Shown here piece by piece: positions 26,201 through 32,000 of a DNA stretch of 32,000 bases. The stretch is taken from positions 120,001 to 152,000 of the forward strand of contig NC_004460.2 of NCBI RefSeq assembly GCF_000039765.1, read 5' to 3'. This DNA comes from Vibrio vulnificus CMCP6. Lineage in GTDB: Bacteria > Pseudomonadota > Gammaproteobacteria > Enterobacterales > Vibrionaceae. The translations under genes were made by a program, and so were the position numbers. The notes beneath the pieces were generated by a model that saw nothing but the letters and a program-made list of their open reading frames with translations, had not been told where the DNA came from and made no database searches. Numbering within the stretch: the first letter of the stretch is position 1; each line of letters starts with the position of its first letter.

Positions 26201-26940
26201 ACAACGTTCGCCGTCCCAATGAACAAGTGACCCGCCAGTTGCAGGGCAGGGTGCTGATCGTTGATGATGAACCGATCAATCGCTTATTGATGCAAAAACA
26301 GCTAAAAGAAATCGGCATTACTAGCGTTGCGCTGGCCGATGGTGAACAGGCGTTTCGTTATCTCCAACAGCATGGCGAGGGCATTGATTTGTTGATCACC
26401 GACTGCCATATGCCAATCATGGATGGTTTTGAATTAACGGCAAAAACGCGTAGCGATATTCTCTCATTTGCGGCGAAACCAATTGTTGGGTGCACCGCTG
26501 AGGATTCACGCATCGCAGCAGAAAAAGCCATGTCAGCCGGGATGGATAAGGTGATCTACAAGCCGTATTCACTGGCACAACTGCAACGCGTACTCGCGCA
26601 CTATTTGCCTGAGCAAGTTCAACAAGCGGACACTAACGCCAATTGGTTAAAGGAATATCAAGAAGAAGAAAGAGAAGAGATGGCGAATGTCGTTATCGAG
26701 TCATTTGGTTTTGATATTGAACAGCTCGAACAAGAAGGTGCCGATGTCGCGGCCATTGCTCACCGTGTAAAAGGGGCGGCAGGTGCTTTACTGTTGCATG
26801 AGTTGGCCGCGTTGGCGAAACGCGTTGAACAGCAAAAAGAACCTGAGCACGTTGAACGTAACAAACAGCAATTGATCTTATCCATGCAGACGGTGGTCGA
26901 GCAGGCGAATGCATGGTTAGCCAGTTCAAAGGGAGAGTAA
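23269..26940 (+). CDS. vieS: BvgS/VieS-like hybrid sensor histidine kinase (two SBP_bac_3-like domains, PAS, HisKA, HATPase, receiver, HPt)
   Basis: Periplasmic Venus-flytrap segments (LNVGILNNSWLPYWGG; YPLSYRDQDGKVKGYVHDILDRI), TM YSLIALCLALLIVLLFSLWST, H-box FLAVVSHELRTPIAAMLG, GTGLGMSIVKSL, receiver VLIVDDEPINR...LLITDCHMPIMDG, HPt IAHRVKGAAGALL. True start may be TTG at 23338 or 23341, just before LLRIAAIALLSLLTSLTSA. Name based on the three-gene order with vieA and vieB. Confidence 0.85.
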   Translation: MLCACQSIATLPHLIIITRESCCLLLRIAAIALLSLLTSLTSAANYLSDADRDYLSAHPVLNVGILNNSWLPYWGGLELAPQGIHHDYAMSFARELGIQIRYQGYDSIREMLLGLKNEEVDMVIGFGKTPSRANDFLFSLPLYKNVRVIWLRDKALELEPLESLKWVCVEKTSYCEVLAERGYHNVITARNYQAATQMILQGLADATISNYVSLSHFLSEKEVSQGKVLFDKSLGTQINRVLFNKEQRKLKSIIDKVILAEQRGLTRSRIHSKDIYFLNDQASLRLLFDEGREQVIRYTIEEETFPLSYRDQDGKVKGYVHDILDRISMRSVLEFEYVPAEGRDVLQMLEDGVVDLLPARNYQGVDQRDFLVTEPYANITFDMVESTADYQERNLAILDRTGNYYSYLDVNRDYRNVRVFRELEELLPQLESGKVSHALMNQDLIHQLLIDDHRDHFKPLADSLETEFVVKLAMVVRKDDPMFHDMLNTALKTFSVKEIDSIQSAYRKVMLHFGYDKQQVIIYSLIALCLALLIVLLFSLWSTRLKDSLRQSEKVVELSQHQISWLTKLLDTIPSMISISDSKGRLVLSNQAYQASFRQCRENGCVDLESACSFLHLSEREQAEFEEIIQVPASECGLGERFYHVTRKAILHDQMEMTHYLTLFSDISDLKQTELALRESNRAALQAVEARNQFLAVVSHELRTPIAAMLGLMEILSHRLSNSESQQLLDNAIRSAERLSLHVNDILDFSKIEASQLQLDIQEYRIIEELGPVLRSFEASAQLKGLQFNVHWQPTAYIDAQYDALRVNQIVSNLLSNAVKFTEVGQIKVEIACDENALSIEIVDTGCGMTEAQLDCVFQPFVQADTSITRRFGGTGLGMSIVKSLLDLMGGTIAFYSELEQGTKVSVWIPVKGRAYASEIEVAHYLGASDLVMAWFEKWGTRGNAVHGLPKFVDWSLSPMDNLYPDLLLKQWLAQESDNVRRPNEQVTRQLQGRVLIVDDEPINRLLMQKQLKEIGITSVALADGEQAFRYLQQHGEGIDLLITDCHMPIMDGFELTAKTRSDILSFAAKPIVGCTAEDSRIAAEKAMSAGMDKVIYKPYSLAQLQRVLAHYLPEQVQQADTNANWLKEYQEEEREEMANVVIESFGFDIEQLEQEGADVAAIAHRVKGAAGALLLHELAALAKRVEQQKEPEHVERNKQQLILSMQTVVEQANAWLASSKGE

Positions 26941-26943
26941 CCG

Positions 26944-28710
26944 ATGAGAATACTGATTGTTGAGGATGAACGGATACAATCCACCAGTCTCAAATTAAAA
27001 CTGGCGTCACTCAATTACTGCGATGTTCAAGTGGCAGACAATGGTGAAGAAGCGTTAAAGCTTTGTGCGAAGCAGCGATTTTCACTGATTTTCTGTGATA
27101 TTCATATGCCAGAGATGGATGGCATTAGTCTGCTCACTCAACTCAGTGAACAACCCCATCGCCCGGCCATCGTCATTCTCAGTGCGGTCGAAGACGCGGT
27201 ACTTGAGTTGACCAAAAACATGTGCAGTCTGGCGGGCTTTCCTTACGTGGATGTGCTGAAAAAGCCTTTTAGCATTGAGTCGCTCTACAACGTCATTAAT
27301 CACTATGCGAGCTCAAAACAGCGCACGGTTGAGCCGAGTATCCAACACTCGCTTCGTTGTGAAGAGGTCGAGGTTGCGTTCGAGACCGATCAAATCTTCA
27401 ACTATTATCAGCCGCAATACGATTTTGCTACGGGTGCCATGGTTGGGGTGGAAGCTCTGGTCAGACTGAAACATCCGGAACATGGCGTGTTGGCTCCTGC
27501 TTCCTTTCTGTCAGTGATTGAGCAGTGTCAATGGATGGATAGGTTATTCTGGCGCGTGTTGGAAAAGGCGATCAGTGCGATTTCCAGCATGAGCGATGGT
27601 TTAAAGTTGTCGGTCAACATCAGCCAAAGCAATCTGCAACAGCCGATGTGTGACCGCGTGATGGCGTTATGCCAGCAGTACGACTTCGATCCCCATCGCT
27701 TGACGTTAGAGCTCACGGAAGATCAGGTTTACAACGGTAACACCGTTTCTCTGGCCAATCTTGCTCGGCTTCGTATGCACGGGGTTGGCTTATCCATTGA
27801 TGATTTTGGCACTGGGTACGCATCGCTCAGCCAGCTTGGTAAGTTGCCATTTAATGAACTCAAAATAGACAAAGGGTTTGTCTTTGATCTTGTCACTAAC
27901 TACAAGCATCAACAATTGACCAAAATGTGTTTGATGTTAGCCCAGTCGTTAGGGTTGCACTGCGTAGTGGAAGGCGTCGAGGACGAAGAGTCTTGGCAAT
28001 ATCTGCGTACGCTTGGGGTCGATACGTGTCAAGGCTATTACTCTTCGCCACCACTGACGATCGCTGAGCTTTCTGAGCAATATGCCAAAAATCAGAGTCG
28101 TAGCCTGAGCCAAGAGAGCATTGAAGGCGGGATTTGCGCGTTGGTGATTGATGAGTGCTCGGTCAGCTCTTCCGCGCTCACGAAACAATTACAACGTGCC
28201 AGCAGTGTGGCGCAAGTATTGATTGCTCGTAATCTCGATCAAGCAGTGAAAACGTTAAGGGATTACCCAGTCAATTTGGTGGTGGTTGATATCAAGTTTA
28301 TGTCTGATGCGACAAATTACACATTGTTGACCGATATTGATCAGCGCTTTAGTGGGCGGATGATTTTACTGACAGAACAATCGAATCCTGACATTGTTCT
28401 GTTACCTGAGCTCACCGCACGTAGTACCATTTTGTCAAAAGGCAGCGCCCTGTTCGATACCGTTCAAGAGATCTTAGCGCACAGTAAGCTCGAAAAAACG
28501 GATTTCTCAGCACAGCAAAATAAACTCGATCAACTGTCAGAAAGAGAGTTGGCGGTGGCGCAGATGTTGTTTAAAGGGCTTGGTAACAAGCAGATCGCAA
28601 ATCAATTGGACATCAATCAAAAGACAGTCAGCACATACAAAACACGAGTACAAACAAAGTTAGGGATCAAGTCTGCCATGGAACTGGTGAGGTTCTTTAC
28701 TCTAGATTGA
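26944..28710 (+). CDS. vieA: VieA-like response regulator: receiver, EAL c-di-GMP phosphodiesterase, second receiver-like domain, LuxR-type HTH
   Basis: 588 aa; REC ILIVEDER...LIFCDIHMPEMDG; EAL VGVEALVRLKHP, SIDDFGTGYASLSQL, LKIDKGF, VVEGVED; C-terminal LSERELAVAQMLFKGLGNKQIANQLDINQKTVSTYKTRVQTKLGIKS; 3 bp after vieS. Confidence 0.88.
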   Translation: MRILIVEDERIQSTSLKLKLASLNYCDVQVADNGEEALKLCAKQRFSLIFCDIHMPEMDGISLLTQLSEQPHRPAIVILSAVEDAVLELTKNMCSLAGFPYVDVLKKPFSIESLYNVINHYASSKQRTVEPSIQHSLRCEEVEVAFETDQIFNYYQPQYDFATGAMVGVEALVRLKHPEHGVLAPASFLSVIEQCQWMDRLFWRVLEKAISAISSMSDGLKLSVNISQSNLQQPMCDRVMALCQQYDFDPHRLTLELTEDQVYNGNTVSLANLARLRMHGVGLSIDDFGTGYASLSQLGKLPFNELKIDKGFVFDLVTNYKHQQLTKMCLMLAQSLGLHCVVEGVEDEESWQYLRTLGVDTCQGYYSSPPLTIAELSEQYAKNQSRSLSQESIEGGICALVIDECSVSSSALTKQLQRASSVAQVLIARNLDQAVKTLRDYPVNLVVVDIKFMSDATNYTLLTDIDQRFSGRMILLTEQSNPDIVLLPELTARSTILSKGSALFDTVQEILAHSKLEKTDFSAQQNKLDQLSERELAVAQMLFKGLGNKQIANQLDINQKTVSTYKTRVQTKLGIKSAMELVRFFTLD

Positions 28711-28732
28711 TATGGTACTGATTAATAACACT

Positions 28733-30379
28733 ATGGCAAAAAGACGTTTTTCACAGCTTAAAGTTTTGATCATCGATGATGCACCTGTCGTCATCACTAG
28801 TTTACGAGGTATGTTGCTCAAATTGGGTTTTTCCGATAGCAATATTCAGTTCAGTAAAAGCCCAAAATCAGCGGTATTCAAAGCGAATCGAGAAAAGTTC
28901 GACATCTTTATTTGTGACTATAATTTCGGCAAAGGGATGAATGGTAAGCAAATTTTTGAAGAGCTGAAACATTATAAATTGCTGGCAAATGATGCTGTTT
29001 TTATTCTCGTGACCGGGGAAAGCTCGGCCTTCATTGTCCATTCCATCTTAGAGCTCAAACCAGATGAATACATTCTAAAACCGTTCAATATCGGTATATT
29101 GCAAACTCGGCTCGAAAACGCAGTGTTGCGCAAGCAAGCGCTGGTGGAACTCTACCAAGCTGAGGCGGAAGGCAATGCGGAAAAGGGCTTGGCGGTGTGT
29201 ACAGAGTTGGAGCCCTTTCATCCCGAATACTATTTCATTATTCAGAAATTTCGTGGCGGTTTCCTCACTCGGCTGAAGTTGTACGAAGAAGCCAAAAAGG
29301 TTTATGAGCAGACGCTGGAAAAGAAAGAGCTCGATTGGGCGAAAGTGGGTCTTGCCAACGCGTTAAGGCACACAGGTAAAAAGTCGGAAGCCGCAAAACT
29401 GGTGCATGAGTTGATTGCAGCAATGCCGAGTAATACCACGGTAAGGGTTGAAGCCGCCAGCTTAAGCTTGATGAACAGCGATGTGCCTGACGCTATTGCA
29501 CACCTTAAGATTGCCAGCTCAATTGTACCTGGTAACTCAGAACGAGAATTGGTGATCGCTAACTTATGTTTGTCTGAAGGGGACACTCGCTCGGCTTTGC
29601 AACGATTTCGCCTCTATTCGGAAGTGAACAAAGAGACCTTTCGTAACAACCATTTCATGCGTATGAATCATATTCGAGCTTTACTCTATGCGTTGAATGA
29701 CGCCGAGCCGCAAGAAAGACTCCGTTGGCTGAAAGAAGCGAAAACCTTATTTAAACATGCTTACGAATTTAGTTTTGATGAGGAGCTGGAAAGCCAGTTT
29801 CAACTGATTGCTGCACACATTGCCATGGCGGAAAAACAGTATCGAATTTCATTTGAGATACTCAACCAGCTTTATCGTGTCAAACCGTTTAAGCATTTTT
29901 ATGATCGATACCATTTCGCGTGGCTGTTGAATGCGATGGGTTTTGACAGCGAGTTTTCACAATGCATTACCTGGTGTAAAGAGAGTTTACTCGACGATGA
30001 GCTAGAAACCATTTTAGCCAGTAAGACAGCGATGGCGAGAGCATTAGAAGTGCAAGGTCAGCAGAAAGTCGAGTGGTTAGAAGGCAAGTACAAATCGCTG
30101 ATTGAGCATAAACAAAACATCGAAAAACTGTTTCTCATTTACGCGGAGATATTTGAGCGCAGCCCAACGTTAAGAACCGTTTGCATCAAAATCATCACTA
30201 TTTTGTCTCGCTATTGGCCAAAAGAGATGGAGATCAAACGTGCTGCAGAGATTATGAAAGAATGTGATGTCACAATTCGTCAACTCATGACAGAAGAAGA
30301 GCGTGAAAAGCTTGGTTACGAGTCGATTTATGCCAAAGCGCATGAGCTACATGAGCAGCAGTATCAGGTCGTTTCTTAA
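28733..30379 (+). CDS. vieB: VieB-like response regulator with C-terminal TPR repeats
   Basis: REC VLIIDDAPVVITSLRGML...FDIFICDYNFGKGMNG...VTGESS...EYILKPFN; then helical TPR-like repeats; directly after vieA. An alternative ATG at 28712 is possible. Confidence 0.82.
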   Translation: MAKRRFSQLKVLIIDDAPVVITSLRGMLLKLGFSDSNIQFSKSPKSAVFKANREKFDIFICDYNFGKGMNGKQIFEELKHYKLLANDAVFILVTGESSAFIVHSILELKPDEYILKPFNIGILQTRLENAVLRKQALVELYQAEAEGNAEKGLAVCTELEPFHPEYYFIIQKFRGGFLTRLKLYEEAKKVYEQTLEKKELDWAKVGLANALRHTGKKSEAAKLVHELIAAMPSNTTVRVEAASLSLMNSDVPDAIAHLKIASSIVPGNSERELVIANLCLSEGDTRSALQRFRLYSEVNKETFRNNHFMRMNHIRALLYALNDAEPQERLRWLKEAKTLFKHAYEFSFDEELESQFQLIAAHIAMAEKQYRISFEILNQLYRVKPFKHFYDRYHFAWLLNAMGFDSEFSQCITWCKESLLDDELETILASKTAMARALEVQGQQKVEWLEGKYKSLIEHKQNIEKLFLIYAEIFERSPTLRTVCIKIITILSRYWPKEMEIKRAAEIMKECDVTIRQLMTEEEREKLGYESIYAKAHELHEQQYQVVS

Positions 30380-30443
30380 GCGAATATCGCTTTGTTGATT
30401 AGATAAGAGAACTTATTCATATCTTTATGGGATGAATTGGAGG

Positions 30444-30463
30444 TGAGTCATATCTATGACTCA
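30444..30463. promoter_or_regulatory. Near-perfect palindrome, candidate operator
   Basis: TGAGTCATA-TC-TATGACTCA, 9-bp arms with 2-bp spacer, about 70 bp upstream of the zinc-ribbon gene start. Confidence 0.3.
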
Positions 30464-30535
30464 TTACTTATGGTATTTTTTAGCTTCTGTTGAGTCCTGA
30501 TTACAAGTGGGGCTTTGCTGTTACAGGAGTTTTCT

Positions 30536-30769
30536 ATGTCACACAAAATCGAATCACATGCTTGCCCACAATGCGGCACCGATACACCTCATGTCGTTAT
30601 CTTGGTACGAAAAACCAGTCCTTATAAAGATGACAAAAAGCGCGATTGGAAAGAGTTTTTCTCAGGCTTTGTAAAAGGCGCAGTTTTAGGGGCATTCATC
30701 GCTTCGATGGACGAATTTGAACGCCATCTCGTCTGTGAACAGTGCGGACATAAAATCATCGAAGAATAA
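30536..30769 (+). CDS. Small zinc-ribbon protein of unknown function
   Basis: RBS AGGAG then ATG at 30536: MSHKIESHACPQCGTDTPHVVILVRK...KEFFSGFVKGAVLGAFIASMDEFERHLVCEQCGHKIIEE; paired CPxCG / CxxCG knuckles flanking a hydrophobic Gly-rich helix. Confidence 0.8.
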   Translation: MSHKIESHACPQCGTDTPHVVILVRKTSPYKDDKKRDWKEFFSGFVKGAVLGAFIASMDEFERHLVCEQCGHKIIEE

Positions 30770-30819
30770 CGTTCTACTGTTGCAAGCAACGAAAAGCATC
30801 GCAACACTCAACTCAATTT

Positions 30820-30851
30820 GAGCGGCTCAAGCGCGAGCCGCTCAGCTTTTT
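30820..30851 (+). terminator. Rho-independent terminator after the zinc-ribbon gene
   Basis: 9-bp stem GAGCGGCTC/GAGCCGCTC, 6-nt loop, then AGCTTTTT. Confidence 0.8.
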
Positions 30852-30875
30852 CATGCGGTGAGTTAAAAAATAACG

Positions 30876-32000
30876 TTAAAATTGCTGACTACTTGCTAAT
30901 TGTTGAGAGAAGTCGTCAGCCGGAACCGCCTTGCCATACAAAAAGCCTTGAGCGTAGTTGCATTCCTCGGTTCGAATGAAGTCTTCTTGGTATCGATCTT
31001 CTACCCCTTCCGCTATCACCATCATATTGAGTTTGTGCGCCATGGCGATGATGGCTCTTGTCAGTTCTCGATTGTGCTGATTGTGTTCCAACTGATTGAT
31101 AAAACTGCGATCAATTTTTAGCGTATCGAAAGCGTATTTTTGCAGATAACTGAGTGAAGAGTAACCGGTACCAAAGTCGTCAAGCGAGATGCTGACACCG
31201 AACTGACGCAACTGAGCGAGGACGTTTTGCGCATACTCTTCATCTTGCAGCAGAATACCTTCAGTCAGTTCCAGTTCAATGCATTTTGCTGGCAATTGGT
31301 AAAGATCAATAATGTCTTGTAAGTGTTGCACAAAGTGTCGTTCACGGAACTGGATGGGGGAGATGTTAATCGCCACTTTAAACGCGTGAGGTGATGCGCG
31401 ATGCCATGCCGCTGCTTGTTTCAATGCTTGATGTAAAACGAAGTAGCCGATTTCAATAATTTGGCCGTTACTTTCCGCTAAAGGAATAAATCGATCTGGG
31501 GAGACTTGCCCAAGCGTTGGATTATTCCATCTCAGTAGTGCTTCGGCACCGATGATTTTCCCTCCCTGTTTCAAGCAAATGATCGGCTGAAAATGCACTT
31601 CAAGTTCGTTGTTCTTCAGTGCTTCAGAGAGATGTGACTCCAGTTGCAAGCGCTCTTCTGCGGCTTTTTGTGCGGCAAAATTAAAATAAGAGACCTGCAA
31701 ACCTTCGTTTTTACCTTCGCTCATTGCAGAGCACGCTCGCTGAATAAGGCTAAATGAGTCTGTTGCATCCATCGGGGCTAATGCGACCCCTAAATGACAT
31801 TGCAAATTGACACTCATATCGTTGACGTTAAACGGTTGGGTGCACGCTTTGGTAATGCGTTCGATGACTTGTTCTTGTATCTCGGGTTTGCGCAGATGCT
31901 GCGCTGCTAAGACGAAATCCGATCCGACAATTCTTGCCAGCTTCCACTTTTTAGGCAGTTTGTGACAAATGCGTTGGCTCAGAGAGGATAAAATTTGATC
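30876..32000 (-). CDS. Degenerate-GGDEF + EAL domain protein, C-terminal part (runs off the right edge)
   Basis: The track ORF starts at an internal Met (31817), but the frame is open to 32000: DQILSSLSQRICHKLPKKWKLARIVGSDFVLAAQHL... (GSDF where GGDEF would sit). EAL motifs IIGAEALLRW, SLDDFGTGYSSLSYL, LKIDRSFI, VIAEGVED. Confidence 0.9.
   Translation of the reverse strand, partial: DQILSSLSQRICHKLPKKWKLARIVGSDFVLAAQHLRKPEIQEQVIERITKACTQPFNVNDMSVNLQCHLGVALAPMDATDSFSLIQRACSAMSEGKNEGLQVSYFNFAAQKAAEERLQLESHLSEALKNNELEVHFQPIICLKQGGKIIGAEALLRWNNPTLGQVSPDRFIPLAESNGQIIEIGYFVLHQALKQAAAWHRASPHAFKVAINISPIQFRERHFVQHLQDIIDLYQLPAKCIELELTEGILLQDEEYAQNVLAQLRQFGVSISLDDFGTGYSSLSYLQKYAFDTLKIDRSFINQLEHNQHNRELTRAIIAMAHKLNMMVIAEGVEDRYQEDFIRTEECNYAQGFLYGKAVPADDFSQQLASSQQF

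Noticed and set aside
1-32000. CRISPR array, toxin-antitoxin pair, anti-phage system, transposon or prophage
   Set aside because: No regularly spaced direct repeats, no cas-like, nuclease, transposase, integrase or phage structural ORFs; the intergenic regions are explained by promoters, terminators and the ERIC-like repeat.

Overview
The window looks like Vibrionaceae chromosome, judged from gene content and synteny only. In order it holds: (1) a yccS (partial, -) / helD (+) / mgsA (-) block with the TMAO-sensing pair torT (-) / torS (+) beside it; (2) a small acidic ORF next to a fatty-acid cis/trans isomerase gene (cti), both on -; (3) two tandem paralogous secreted coiled-coil/PEGA proteins, the second carrying a C-terminal formylglycine-generating-enzyme (SUMF1)-like domain with no catalytic cysteines; (4) an ERIC-like intergenic repeat; (5) a multiheme locus of about 26 c-type haems: a tetrahaem NapC/NirT/CymA-like quinol dehydrogenase and a dihaem c4/PdsA-like shuttle on -, divergent from decahaem MtrC, decahaem MtrA and the MtrB porin on +. 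This matches a CymA-PdsA-MtrCAB extracellular electron transfer conduit; (6) dbpA (-); (7) a vieSAB-type c-di-GMP signalling operon, in which VieA has an apparently intact second receiver domain; (8) a small zinc-ribbon protein and the 3' part of a degenerate-GGDEF/EAL protein (partial, -). I found no CRISPR array, tRNA, rRNA, transposase or phage genes. The best-defined system (EET) belongs to a known class. The least explained items are the PEGA/pseudo-FGE pair, the VieA architecture and the small repeat/palindrome elements.
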